DNA of 64,000 bases from Callorhinchus milii. Its lineage: Eukaryota. A program made the translations under genes and the position numbers. The notes beneath the pieces were generated by a model. That model had not been told where the DNA came from. It saw only the letters and a list, made by a program, of their open reading frames with translations, and searched no databases. The stretch's first letter is position 1, and every line of letters starts with the position of its first letter. The DNA lies in contig NW_024704742.1 in the NCBI RefSeq assembly GCF_018977255.1, positions 55,430,001-55,494,000 of the forward strand, read 5' to 3'. This document shows, one piece after another, positions 1 to 12,550 of the stretch.

Positions 1-370
1 TGTGTTTTCAATTGTAAAATTACTTTACGTACAAAGGCACCATCATGTGACTTTCAGCACGGACTTCATATATAAAGCTGTAACCCTAACTGCAGCTGGA
101 CCAAAGCCAGCATAGACTCTTTGAACCCTGATGGAATCCTGTTTTTATCTGTTACCAGATCAATGAGTCAAAGCCCTAGGCCTCTCTATTTAACACCATT
201 GTGGGAGCACCATATCCTCGAGGACTGAATTTTAATTCTTGTTGGAAATCGGCACAATTATATATGTGAGGATTATGATATTTAATGTTGATTTTATGGC
301 AGTAAAAGGAGAAGGCCTACATGGGAACTAGGGATGGACAATAAATGCAGGTCAATGTAACTCTGTCAAT

Positions 371-526
371 TTGGTCACTCAATCCACGACGGTTTGTGGG
401 ACACAGCTATGCACAATTGGTTGCCATGTATCATGCACAAAACACACAGTCATTCCACTTTACAATTTGAGATGTCTCAATCATGTGATAAGATACTATA
501 TTAAATGTAGGTATTATTATTATTAT
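371..526 (+). mobile_element. 3' half of tRNA-Ala/Deu-tail SINE
   Basis: ttggtcactcaatccacgacggtttgtgggacac...gtgataagatactatattaaatgtaggtattattattat matches the 3' half of full copies at 8465 and 59643. Confidence 0.85.
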
Positions 527-1448
527 GCCACCCACATTTCGAGAAAGAATGGAAAAAAACACTCAAATTCCCTATGTTTTAAATTAAGGTTTTATAATTA
601 ATTTGCACCTTGCAACAGGATATGGGTTTATGTTAACCATCATAGAAGGCAACAAAATGCTGTTATACATGGGTCTGACCCAAGGCATCTGGGGAGCCAA
701 GTAATTCCATGTTAAAAATAACAAATCTTCCAATCCTCCAAGCATTTCAGAACTAAGTTATTCAGTTGCAAGGAGACGTCAGGTGGAATTCTGATAGCAT
801 TTTCAAAGAAAACTTGATAAGTAAGATCGCTGACCCTTTCTCCCTCAGGTATATCATTGTTTTTTTGAAAAAGAAAAAAATAATGCTCACTCTGCTGCTC
901 TCAGTATATTGTAATAGTTTCAGCTGGTGCCTACAAATGTTTACACATCAATCTTGCAAGCCTTATTTCTGGTCACTATCTGACCAGGTTATTACTAATG
1001 ATGAAGAAACCATTTTATCCAACAGTGTGAAATACTGGACCAGTTGAATTCTTCAGACCCTACCAGTTGTGATGAATGGTTTCCAAAATAACCAAGCTTA
1101 AACAATTTCCATTGTTTTCTGGGAGAATTCACAGGCTTTGTTATTTTTAAAAAGAAGTGAAATTTCTGAAGTAGGTGAAATTTATGATGCTTCGAAATGC
1201 ATTTGATGTGATATCATATCATATCCATTATGAAATGCCATAAATGTGGGGCTATTCCACAGCTATTGTCAGGCACTAAACATCCACCAACTCCCACGCG
1301 TTTTTTTTGCTGTTTTAAAAAGAATCGTCCGCCATCATTATTTTTGTTTTCTGGAACGCCAGCTATATTTGGATTTAGATCCTGGAGGCACAGTGTTTGA
1401 GGACTACTTCCCAGGATACTGACTGAATTACCATATTAAATGTATTAG

Positions 1449-1772
1449 TAATAATCCTCGCATTTGATATAGCACCTTATCACTTCTCAAAGTGCTTCAC
1501 AGAATATACTGTAAAGTGAATTGATTGTATATTTTGTGAGCAAAATGTGGCAGCCAACTGTGCACAGCAGTGTCCCACACACTGTTGTGGATTATGTGAC
1601 CAAATTCTTCTTTTTTTTGAAGGGATTATTATCCCGGGAAAAAGCGATCTGCCAATCGACTACCAACTGGGTAAACAGAGGCATATGGAGTAAGGAAACT
1701 TGCCCAATGTTTTGCCCCCCCCCCCCCCGGAAATTGAACCAAGCTCCTCTCGCTTGCAAAGCGAATGCTCTA
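1449..1772 (-). mobile_element. tRNA-Ala SINE, long form, nearly complete
   Basis: (AAT)n tail, tail stem-loop, gtaaacagaggc central module and ctctcgcttgcaaagcga head on the minus strand. Confidence 0.9.
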
Positions 1773-2019
1773 TTAGTGTAAATTGGGAAGGGACATGGAA
1801 TGGAGAAACTCCATAAAAGTGAATAACTTACTATAACTTACACAGAGTTCTCTAGACTCCAGCAAACTCAAATATAGTCACTCACAGTTTTATCCAAACA
1901 ACTTTCTCTTATGCTCTTTCACATAGAACAATGTTTCGAAGCAATTAAGATAGGGAGCACTGATCAGGGGGAAGGTGGAGTTTGGTGAGGGAGCAAATGT
2001 GGGCTGCAGTTTTAAGTGA

Positions 2020-2145
2020 GTTGAAGCTGTAACAGGTGGAGCTTGAAAGCTGATGTGGAGCCAACAAGGAGATCACTGGAGAAGTCAAACATCAAGGTGA
2101 CAAAGGCATGAAGGAGGATTTCAGCAGCAGATGGGTGAGGTAAGA
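2020..2145 (-). mobile_element. Decayed L2 ORF2 fragment
   Basis: caaggtgacaaaggcatgaaggaggatttcagcagcagatgggtgagg resembles the reverse complement of the L2 'LTPxAAETLxHAFVTSRLD' segment seen at 28290-28345. Confidence 0.5.
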
Positions 2146-3000
2146 CAGACAACAATATAACAATATAGTCTTTGCACAATTATAAATGAGGAAGGCTCCT
2201 TCATGGCAAATTATTATTTATTCATTATTTCATTAATAATAATTTTAACAATAATAAAGAATAATTTAATATTTAAAAAAATATATTAATTATTATTTAT
2301 TATTTCAGCCCTTTTATCTCTGAAGTTCCACTCTATAAAACAGTCAGTGTAATGAAGTGAATGTGCAAGCCTTCAGATTTTAAATTCTCCTGGTGACAAA
2401 CTATTTATTGGAAACATGCCTCATATCTTAGAAGTCTCCTAAATTTATACAATGTGCTGCTGTAGTACATAATAATTAATAATACGGATGAATACATTCA
2501 GACTTAAATGTAACTGGGTACTTTATTATCATTTTACATCACTTAGACCCTAGCTAGATTCCTTCTGTTGCAGAAGTTGAAGTGTGTCAAAATAGCCATT
2601 TGTGATCCCACAGTACATGGAGTTGCCATTTGTTCTGCCAAGCACATCCTTAAGAGCTAATTGTTGTTAATCTTCTAGATTCATATGTATAGATGTCTGC
2701 CATGGATACTTGGAAATTCAGAAGAATTAACTTGTAATTTTTAACATATAATGAACTTTAGCGAATGTGCATTTTGTCTTATGGTTTAATTTGCTTTCGC
2801 TGTAACTTGTATAAATGAAGTCAAAGCTCTTGTTTTGCCAAAGCGTATCAACTATTATTTTCCAATTCCTCCTGCAGCTTTAACTCATAGGGGATTATTC
2901 TGATTTGCATTAATCTCCTTTATGTGCAAAATGCTACGTACATGCAAGTTATTTTTTTGTTTGCTCTTGTCTGCTTCAACAATAAATTAATTGATCGAGT

Positions 3001-3425
3001 CAACAACAACAACAACTTACATTTATATTGTGTCCTTCATGCAGGGAAGACTCCTGGAGTGCTCCACAGTGGTGGAGTTTGACAACGAGCCAAGGGAAGA
3101 AAGAGGGGTGAGGTGACGTAACCACGATCGAAAAGAAGGTTTTTAGGCGGGATTTGAAGATGGGGAGGAAGAGGGCAAGGTGGAGGAAAAGAGTTAGAGA
3201 GTTCCAGAGTTCCAGGGCATCATGGCTGAAAGCGCGGCCACTGATGGTGGAGCGGAGGGCACGAGGGACAAATAGGAGGCCGGAACCAGCCGAACGGAGG
3301 CAACGGGTGATGGAGTGGGGGCTAAGCAAGTCAGATAGTTAGGGAGGTGCGAGAGAATGAGGTGATTTGAAACAAATGAGAGGATGTTGAAGTTGATCCG
3401 CTAGGTGAATGGGAGCCAGTGAACT
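3001..3425 (-). mobile_element. L2 LINE 3' end
   Basis: ORF 3000-3329 LRSAGSGLLFVPR..GRAFS..LWNSL..FKSRLKT is the L2 ORF2 C-terminus; (CAA)n tail. Confidence 0.9.
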
Positions 3426-3435
3426 TATTGCTTGG

Positions 3436-3553
3436 TAAACAGAGGTGTGCAGTGTAAAGGGACTTGCCTAAGGTTTCACCCTGCCCGGGAATCAAACCCA
3501 GTTTCTCTTGCTTGCTAGACAAGAGCTCTAACCACTAAGCTACAGGAGTCCAC
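3436..3553 (-). mobile_element. tRNA-Ala SINE 5' part (head plus central module)
   Basis: reverse complement begins gtggactcctgtagcttagtggttagagc...gggtttgattcccgggcagggtgaaaccttaggcaag. Confidence 0.85.
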
Positions 3554-3869
3554 GAGGGATAAGTATTGTAGCTGCCTGGAAGCTTAATAAAAAAAACTTT
3601 GCCGAATAGCTTTTATAACTCGATTATAATGTCTCATCCAAAAGATGTCACTTCCAACAAAAGAAAGCATGGTGATGCATTTCCTTATGTGTCAGACACC
3701 TGGCTGACTAAAAATCTCCCAGTGTTACACAATTGTTCTAGAATTGTTTGATTAATTTACCGTAAAAGTAAGAGCAGAGAAATGCCAGTTTCTTGTAAAC
3801 ACAGGAGACAATTTGTTGGATCTGGCAACAATAGCTGTTGATAGAGAACCAGCTCCTAAAATATCACAA

Positions 3870-4070
3870 GGTTCATTCAGATGAAGAAGGCCCTTTGGTC
3901 CATCTAATATCATCCTTCCAGCTACCCACCCTACTGTTTTCCCATCACAGCATACAGCTGTTCTTTAAAAAAATGATCCTGGCTTCAACCACCATTCCCA
4001 GTAATCTATTCCAGTTGTTAATTACATTCTTGGTAAAGAAAAAACTTCCTGGTGTTTGTTCTGAAATTGC
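3870..4070 (-). mobile_element. CR1 LINE 3' fragment (decayed)
   Basis: reverse complement gives the CR1 'FFFTxxVINxWNxL..VVEA' C-terminus and gatggaccaaagggccttct tail. Confidence 0.65.
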
Positions 4071-5257
4071 CTGTATTGGTTTAAACAAGCCAGAGCAGCT
4101 GCTACAGCAAAAGCCATCAGTGATTTTTGTTGCAAATGCCTCAAGTGTTTAATTAGTACAAAAGAATTGTTATGTATTACAACAGATTTAATTCTCATTC
4201 CCCCATCAAAACAATATTGGTACAAAACAGCACGTTGCTTTAAGCACTCCCTGTCTCCACATGTACATGTTGATTCTCATTGTTTTCAATTATAAAGCTA
4301 ATGCTGGTGGTGAGGAAAATGTAACTGGGTGTTTTATGGATACATACATATTTCAAAAGAGCTTCTCTGGCATTCGTCTATAAAAGCCATGATGTGCCAT
4401 TTGGCTCCCACTGCTCAGCTGGCTAGTAGCCATTTAGCTTTTGCTTACTTCAAGAAAATGTAGAGGCAATTTCATAACAGCAATTCACACTGTACAATAT
4501 TTTCCTTGAAGGAATTCAGTTAAACTCAATTCACAAACAAGCTTCCTGGGAGGGGAAAATGGACACTTCTCCGTAAGGGTGAAATGAACACAGTAGATGC
4601 AGTGATAATAATATACTTTGACATCATCAATTGCATTCTACAGAAAACTTTAATTGTATTTATCTCGCTGTTCTCTTGTGAGAAGCCTGATTTAAATTAA
4701 ATAGAAGTTATATTAATACGGAAGCCTGGCTTTTGCTTACCAAGTGAAATCTGAGAAGGTTATTTCTCCAGTGTAATGGCTACAGCATATCTGGATCATT
4801 CATCTAACTATTGAAGAGAACTGGGCAAAAATAAAAGGAATTGCATACTAGCATCTTTTCATGTGAAAGTGCTTTGTAGGTAATTACTGTACTGTCAAAG
4901 TTTAGTGGCTTTTTGAAGGTAAATTCCACCTGGGTCTAGACATATTCTATTAGCATTGACATTTCAGAGTTTCCACATTTCAGATGTTTGTAGGCAAATG
5001 TTTGAGTTGACCATGTCCCACAAACAACCATGAGGTGAATGACCAATTAATCGGGGGAGATTGTTGGCTATGACAGATAAGAAGAGTGATCCCTATCATC
5101 AAAGGATTGAGGGAGGAGGGAAGTTCTATAATAAATTAATGTAGGAAGGCGAACTGCAATGCTAAAAGCCATAGAAGATAATAACTTTGTAAAAGCTTAT
5201 TGTAGGCACAACTGCAGCAACTCATGATGGTTCAAATCCTTCTGAATGCAATTGCTT

Positions 5258-5590
5258 ATAATCATCCTATTTAATATCGCACCTTATCACATCATCAAAG
5301 TGTTTCACAAGATTTCACTGTAAAGTGTCATGACTGTGTATTTGTAGGCAAATGCTGGAGCCACTTTATACATAACAATGTTCCACAAATCATGAAGGGA
5401 GTGACCAATTTTGTCTAGGGAATTTTAACATCCACCTGAATAGGCAGATAAACCTCGATTTAATGTCTTATCCAAAGTCTTACTTAAAATTTAAAAAATA
5501 TAATTGTCTTATCAGACAATGCAACACACTCTGAACACTACATAGGAGTGTCAGCCTAGACTGTGTTTAAAGGTCCACATCAGGGCTTTG
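5258..5590 (-). mobile_element. Deu-domain SINE (older family)
   Basis: tail plus ttaacatccacctgaataggcagata...tttaatgtcttatcc and ggagtgtcagcctagac (Deu core reverse complement). Confidence 0.8.
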
Positions 5591-5639
5591 AATTCCCATG
5601 GGCTAGGCTGACCAGTAGAGCAAGGGGGGAGGGGGCTTG

Positions 5640-5912
5640 CACTATTGAAGGTGCTGTCTTTCAGATGAGATGTTAAACCAAGGTCCCAATTACTTGATCA
5701 AGTGGATGTTAATGATCCTATGGCCCTATTTGAAAACAAAAGTGAGTTTCTCCCAGTTTGCTGGTCAACAATCCCTCAAGTAAAATTGGTTTCTTCTTGG
5801 CTGTTTGTGGAACATTACAGTGTGCAAATGGGCTGCTGTGTTTGTCTACGAATACAGTCATTACACTTTTCAATATATCCTGTGATGTCCTCCTGAAGTG
5901 AAAGGTGCTATA
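5640..5912 (+). mobile_element. Deu-domain SINE (older family)
   Basis: ggtgctgtctttcagatgagatgttaaaccaaggtccc...gtggatgttaatgatcctatgg Deu core followed by L2-type tail. Confidence 0.85.
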
Positions 5913-5914
5913 CC

Positions 5915-6042
5915 TAAGGATATAAGAGTATCAAGGGATATGGGACAAATGCGGTTAATTTGAGTTGAGATACAGATCAACCATGATCTAATAGAATAGT
6001 GGAACAGGCTTGATGGGCAGAATGGCCTACTCCTGTTCCTAG
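5915..6042 (+). mobile_element. CR1 3' tail
   Basis: atcaagggatatgggac...gatcaaccatgatct...gggcagaatggcctactcctgttccta. Confidence 0.75.
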
Positions 6043-6214
6043 GTGCACATGTTCTTACTGAATGTAAAGATTATTATTGTTGTTATTATTTATCAACTGT
6101 TGAAGTTATATTCCCAGTAAAATTGTAAAAAATATTCTGGGTTGTTTTAATTTAAGGTGTTTCACACTATTTTAGCAAGTAATTAACACAGCAAGCAATT
6201 ATTCTTGGAAGAAA

Positions 6215-6592
6215 AAGGAGATCTTTAATAAAAAATATTTTTTCACAGTGGATTGTTAAAATGTGGAATGTTTTACCACAAACAGCTGTTGAGGCCGCAT
6301 GCTTATCACAGTTCAAAAATGAATTAGATCAATAATTTGCAGAAAAATAATCTTAATGAGTATAATAATGATAATCTTTGCATTTGTATAGTGCCTTATC
6401 ATGTCATTAAGATGTCTTGAAGCACTTCACAGAATAGACTGTAAAGTGAATTGACTGTATATTTTGTGGGCGAAACATATAGGGCAAGAGCAGGTAATGG
6501 TGTACTTGTAGATATCTTTAGGGGTGATCAAGTACCAGCACTCATGCAATGGGCCAAATGTTTTTTTGGTTCTGTAAATTTTCTACGATTGT
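6215..6592 (+). mobile_element. CR1 3' end interrupted by minus-strand SINE tail (6362-6478)
   Basis: KYFFTxWIVKMWNVLP..AVEA..FKNELD CR1 C-terminus; resumes after insertion to gggccaaatg...ttctgtaaattttcta. Confidence 0.7.
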
Positions 6593-6999
6593 AAGTAAGT
6601 AAGTTATCTTATTCAAAAATCTTGTAGAATTCTTTTGCTTTTTCTAACAATCATGCAGAGTCCTATCTCAAATAAAACTGGTTTTCTCTGCCTGATAAAT
6701 TTGATAGAATTGAATAAGACAATTTCATGATCTATATCAATCATAGTAAGGTCCCAGTTTGGGGAAAGTGCCTGTGCTTGATTTTTCAACCAATGTGATG
6801 TGATATGAATCAATTTCAGGGCTTTTCAAAGCTGCAGACAAATTGAATTATCTTTATTGATGGGTAGAACAGAGGCCGTCTGTGTAATTAGTTTGATGGA
6901 TGGGTCGGACGTGATTATAGTTGCGAGTTTGCATGTATTGGTGTCTCTGTGTGCATGACAGCCATTCTGTATATGAAAGGGATGGTTGTAGTGTTTAGG

Positions 7000-7850
7000 G
7001 AAGGGGAAGGAGGGATTAGCAGTGAGTGATCCTGCAAGGCAAAGTGAAGGGTATAAAAAGTATCTTATATAACTTGTTGTTGTCCCTCAGGGTGAAGCCA
7101 AATCTAAATTCAAAATGCAATCTCATTTGAACTTTTGGGTGGGGGAGTTCCTTCATCAAAAGAGTTCTTGGATCAAAAGCCAATTTGAGCTTTTGAAAGT
7201 TCAATTCATAAGTTCTAATGTGAAAAAGCATGTCCAAAATGTCTAGAGTAGTTAAGTCCAGTTGTGCACTTTCATATGACACAATTATAGCAGATTTGAT
7301 CAATCCTCCAAATTGGAATAAGCAGAGTACAACGTTAATCCTTTCATCCTCTCTATTCCAGTTCCAACTTGCAGCAGAAATACTGAGTAATACAACTTCA
7401 GCAGTCTCATAGGAGAAGCTTTGCAGTGATAAACGCAAAAAGGAATGATCACTATAATGATTTAAGAGTTGTTTGGTACCAGTAGAACATTATTTTGTTT
7501 GGCAACTGCAATAATTCTGTGCTTATTTTTGCCAGGAAAAACTGTCTACATCATTTTGGATTAACTGAATTGGCTGGCCTTTTTGCATGCTTTTCCGATG
7601 CATAATAAATAGTACTAATGTCCTAAACCCATGTCTTTAAGACCGATTCAATCTTTAAGCTTGCAAGAAGCCTGATTTAAAATGAACAGAACTTCTCTGA
7701 GACAGAATGCTGTGTGTCCAAGCCCTGTGTTGGAGCCACCAATGCTCCAAATTAGCCTCCAATTTAATTAGTCCTTCATCTGGCAGTTTGTAGCACTTTA
7801 TCCTGACAAAAACAGTCATCAAGTTCTGAAAAAACAAACCTAAAACAATA
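7000..7850 (-). mobile_element. Ancient L1-clade LINE ORF2 C-terminal relic
   Basis: minus-strand peptides KLPDEGLIKLEANLEHWWLQHRAW (cf. L1 LPxxxGGLxLPNxxxYYWA) and LHFEFRFGFTLRDNNKLYKILFIPF (cf. fish L1 terminus LEKIRxxLxxxxxKFxKxWxPF), in the expected order. Confidence 0.55.
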
Positions 7851-7874
7851 GAACTAATGATTACTGTCATTTAA

Positions 7875-8000
7875 TCAATTGGCTGCTACGTTTTGCCACA
7901 AATATACAGCCAATTCATTTTACAGTATATTCTGTGGAGTGCTTTTGAGACGTCTAGAAGACGTGAAAAGCGTTATATCAAATGCAAGGATAATTATCAT
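7875..8000 (+). mobile_element. SINE 3' tail
   Basis: caattggctgctacg...gagacgtctagaagacgtgaaaagcgttatatcaaatgcaagga. Confidence 0.85.
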
Positions 8001-8029
8001 ATTTTTTAAAAGTAATTATTGTCAAGTGT

Positions 8030-8300
8030 AGAAATGTTTCTGTAGGTAAAAGCAACAGCCATTTATGTCAACAAGGTCCTACAAACACCGATATTGTGAA
8101 TGACCGAGGTAGGAATAGGAGTTTATTATGGGATCTTTAACATCTACATGCACAGACAATTGAAGAATGGCACTTCCGACCATACAGCACTCCCCCAGCT
8201 CTATAATAGAATGCCACTTCATTTCTTGGTATGGGTCTTGAACGCGTAACCAGATCCAGACCCAGGTTAGAGTGCTACCAACTCAATAAAGCTGACTTCT
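8030..8300 (-). mobile_element. Decayed Deu-domain SINE
   Basis: atgggatctttaacatc...cacttccgaccatacagcactccc...agagtgctaccaactca. Confidence 0.6.
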
Positions 8301-8464
8301 ATGAGACTGTGGCACGGTCATTTCATGGTGTCAATACAATGGTGGTAACAGGCTTTGTGATGACAGAGGAGTCTAAATCTCAATCTGAGTGATACACTCA
8401 GATCAATGGGCGACAATTTAGGTCACGTAACTTTCTGCTAATCAGGTGACCTTGATTTTGATCT

Positions 8465-8851
8465 GTGGAGTCCTGTAGCTCAGTGGTTAGAGCATTCACC
8501 TTGCAAGCGAGAGGACTTGGTTTGATTCTGAGCAGAAGGGAAATATTAGGAAAGTTTCCTTACTCCATACACATCTGTTTACCTATCAGTAAGTAGGAGC
8601 CTGGTTATTAGTCGATTGGTGGATCACGTTTCTGGGGGTAAAAATCCCTTAAAAAAATAATAACAATAATAATCTGGTCACTCACTCCACAACTGTTTGT
8701 GGGACAGTGCTGTGCGCAATTGGTTGTCACATTTTTGGCCACAAATTATTCAGTGAATTCACTTTACAATATATTCTGTTATGTGCTTTGAGACTTCTTG
8801 AAGACTTGATACGATGTTATGTCAAACACAGAAATTATTATTATTATTATT
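8465..8851 (+). mobile_element. tRNA-Ala SINE, long form, full length
   Basis: A box tagctcagtgg, B-box-like gtttgattct, TGC anticodon loop, ctgtttacctatcagtaagtagg module, Deu-type 3' part, (ATT)n tail; ttgatc at both flanks may be a short TSD. Confidence 0.95.
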
Positions 8852-9479
8852 GATCAAATCGTTGGACCAGATCTGGGAGCCTATCCTGGGTACTATAAGG
8901 AAATCCGTGGTTAGTCTTACCACACAATTAGAGGATTAAAAGCATCTGTGTTTGAAATACAGAAAGCAATGTATCAAAATATAGCAAAACTTGGTTAAAC
9001 AAATCAATAAATGCTTTAATTGCAGTTTCAACATGTCCAAGTTTTATTACATTTAATGCCAAAACACACTGTTATTGTAAAACTGCTTCCCAGGAAAGAG
9101 GAAAAGTTACTGTGTCTTGGCACGGAAAAGAAGTCTTGTGACATAAGCTATGTCTGGGAAATTCCTGCACATCATTCCATCTAGGAAGACCTCAGCTCCA
9201 AAGTGATTTTAGTTTAGAGCCAATTTCTTGCATTTGGTGATATACTAGCGTTTTGCTGCAGATTACGTGACAAAGTTATCTTTTCCTGTCACAAAGCACT
9301 ATAACCTTTTTTTAAGGAGCGCTATTTCAACCCCTTGGGGGAGAATACCATTATAAGCAAAGATAATGATAGCAACTTGCATTTATATAGTGCCTTTCAT
9401 GTGGAGTAGAGTCTTGAGTGCTCACTTCAAATTATTTTGGACTTATTGTCACTGATTATTTGTACCCTAAGTCTTTGGT

Positions 9480-9790
9480 GTTAAGATTGCATACAGAAAG
9501 CTCTTGGAATTAATGTTCTGTTCTCCAAGAACATGGGTGGGGGAAGGAAAGAGTGGGTTGCATGATAGCGAAGAATCTTTGAAGGGAAAACGAAGGCATA
9601 GGATTTAGTAGATTTTGAAAAGATATTGATCTGAGATGTAATCAGTGGCTGGTTTAAAAACATTATGGATTCTGTAAAACACAGTTGATTTTGTTCATGG
9701 TTGGCATACTTTCACAGGGGAAATTAATGTAAGAATGAAAGGAGGGGAAGCAATAATGAACAGATGGTTTTACAAAAGTGCAATTATATA
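9480..9790 (-). mobile_element. Possible ancient L1 ORF2 relic
   Basis: peptide HATHSFLPPPMFLENRTL resembles the L1 post-RT 'NxxFxPxxLDxxF' region; same strand as the 7000-7850 relic. Confidence 0.3.
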
Positions 9791-10251
9791 GAGATTGGAA
9801 GTTTGCCAGGAGGATCATAGAGATACCTGTAGTTTGAAATATGTTTTTGTTGATGAATTCAGACATACAGTATATTTGTTCTTCATGACTGATTACTGCA
9901 CCATCTCACTGGACAAGTCTCAGTTTGATTTTTACATCATTTTCTATAAAAATAAATTGAAAGGTCTGTGCAAAGCATTGAAGTTAGTCATGGCTTCCCT
10001 TGAGCACCATTAAGGATTAGTTACTGGCAAGAACACCTGGTTACTTTCATTTCACAGGCAATTTACTTTCAATCTACCAGTGATGAATTAGCCAACACAA
10101 AATTATTAACTTACACCAGAGAGGCGTTATATCTACTGATTTGAAACCATGTCATTACTATTCTAGCAGTGAATCTTCAGCTTACTCTAAAGATAGAGTT
10201 TATCTAACTATCTTTCTCTATGAGTTTTCTTTATACATTTTCTTGGTAGGG

Positions 10252-10490
10252 GTCAGTTTAGCTCAGTTGGTAAGAAGGTCATCTGTGGATCAGAAGTTGT
10301 CAGTTCAACCCCCATACAAGTCTTGAGGTCATAGTTCAGACAGACAATTCAGTACAATATTGAGGACAATATCATAGGTGCTGTCCTTCAGGTGAGATGT
10401 TAAAATGAGGCCATATTTGCCTGTTCAGATGGACGTTAAAGATCCCATTACACTATTGGAAAATTTGTCCTGGGCACTATTCATCCAGAT
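10252..10490 (+). mobile_element. Deu-domain SINE, head plus core
   Basis: tagctcagttggtaag...ttcaacccc head, then ggtgctgtccttcaggtgagatgttaaaatgaggcc...ggacgttaaagatcccat. Confidence 0.8.
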
Positions 10491-11534
10491 TAATTATGGG
10501 ACTTTGTTGTATGCAAAATTATAGCATTTGCACACAGCAAGCACTAACAGTACAACCTGCATTTTAGACCCCAATGGCTGATCAATAAATTTGCAAACAA
10601 TATTTTTGGAGGAAGCCTTGAATATCTTTATGTAATGATAGTAATGGTAATTTATAGTAATGGAATGATACCAGCACATTTTGGTAGGGTAGGGCAACTC
10701 CAATATGTAAATATGGTGGGAATATAGCAATTTATGATAGATAGGTTCAACATAACTCAGCAACTCATAGATCCTGGCAAGAGTTCCAGAAAAAAAACTA
10801 TTGTATAGATATTGTAAAGAAAAGCATTAAAGAATTGTATTAAAGAATTACCATGCACAAAGGAAACTACATTTGAAAACAATGTAAGAGAAACATTAGC
10901 AATGATATAGAAAGCAAGATAATTAATTTGAATACAGCAGAATTGTGCAAAGTAAAAACAACATGCTATGATGAGAGTTAATGCACTAACGAAAGGAGTT
11001 TCTATTGGTCAAATCACCATGGTCCTCTGTGCAAAATGAAAACTGGTGCACAACAGAAGAGCTTGGATTGAAATAGGTAGATCTGAAATATAGGTATCTT
11101 ATGCCATTTGAGGAGCTGTATTTTTTGGGAGGAAAATTATAAAAACGCATGTTGTCCTTAGAAAAAAGGAAAGCATTAGTGGTAGGTACTATATTAGTCA
11201 GATGATACAATATATGAATTGCACAGTATGTTAAAAAAAACTAAATGTGCATAACAACAACAACAGCAAATTACATATGTATAGAGCCTTTCACATTGGG
11301 AGGATGTCCCTAAGTTTTATGTAATGGCAATACATTACTTATGTCAGGGCGGTGTAAACGGTGCAACAAATGAATCCATGTACATTGTACTGATAATGTG
11401 TTGTCTGATCTCTTCACAAAATAACAAGAGTCCGTTGCAGTGTCTCCTAGAACAGAAGAGCATTACACAGCAGAACCACACTATCACATTGACCATTTGA
11501 TATCAGTGCAGAGATATACAGTTATAATAATACT

Positions 11535-11740
11535 ATTAACAATCTTTATATTTGATATAGCACCTCTCACGTCAGGTAAACATCTCAAAATGCCTCGCAG
11601 AATTTCCTGTAAAGTGTATTTCACAGGATTTACTGTCTATTTTCTAGGCAAACATGGTAATTAATTTGTGCACAGTTATGTTGTACAAACAGTCAAGGAA
11701 ATGAAAGACCAACTTTATTTGGGGGAATGCTGCCAGGGCA
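11535..11740 (-). mobile_element. Deu-domain SINE 3' part
   Basis: tttgatatagcacctctcacgtcagg...tgtaaagtgt...tttgtgcacag. Confidence 0.7.
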
Positions 11741-12167
11741 CAGTTTGTGAGATGTGGAAGTACTCAGCACTGTGAAGGCAAATATACTCATGGTGGGAGG
11801 TGAAGCATCAGCTGATATACAATGCAGATCCAGTAAGCTGCATTACCCAATAGATACCTTATGAACCTTACTCAAATGAAGACAGTTTGAGCTCCATTCC
11901 CTTACTGAGAAGTCACATTCAGATGACATTGGAAGATAATATGCCCCATCTAGAATCATATGCTTTGTCTAACCCAACTGTGGATTTTTAACTATATTAA
12001 AGTTATAAGTCATGTTCCTCAATCTTCTTTTTTCTAATTAGAGCAAGTTCATGTCTGCATGCTTCTACAATAATAAAATATATTAATCCTTTGTCATATC
12101 AAATTGTCTCAAAATGTCTCAAAGTGCTTCATAATGAGTTATTATGAAATGCACACTAGTGCAAATC

Positions 12168-12550
12168 TGGTTCAGTTGTCATGACTTTTGCCTCTGAGTT
12201 AGAAGGTTGTGGGTTCAAGCCCCACATCAACAATAACAACAAAATTACATTTATACAACTAAAGCTGGGGGAGCACTACATTGTCTGAGGTGGTACCCTT
12301 CAAATTAGATGTTAAACTCGTCTGCCTGTTCATGTGGACTTTAAAGGTGCAGTGGCACTATTCAAAAAGAAAAGGGAGTTTCCTCTGGTATCTTGCCCAA
12401 CATCCCTCAGACAGAATGAGTTATTTATTTCATGGCTGAATTGATCAAATTGATTGCCACTTTCACCTGCTGTCCTACTTCCTGTGAAGCACTTTGAGAC
12501 ATTTCAACAACATAATAAGGCACGACATCAAATAGAAGAATTATTCCTAT
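12168..12550 (+). mobile_element. Deu-domain SINE with a small minus-strand L2 tail remnant (12228-12256)
   Basis: gcctctgagttagaaggttgtgggttcaagccccac head, Deu core, tail ctgtgaagcactttgagac. Confidence 0.8.

Noticed and set aside
37..230. MAM-domain-like peptide SCDFQHGL..SW
   Set aside because: In-frame stops, only a few matching residues and no supporting neighbours
8465..8545. tRNA-Ala genes at SINE heads (also 16715, 20190, 37744, 44850, 57935, 59643)
   Set aside because: Each continues into a SINE body and tail, and the copies carry scattered mutations; they are SINE heads, not tRNA genes
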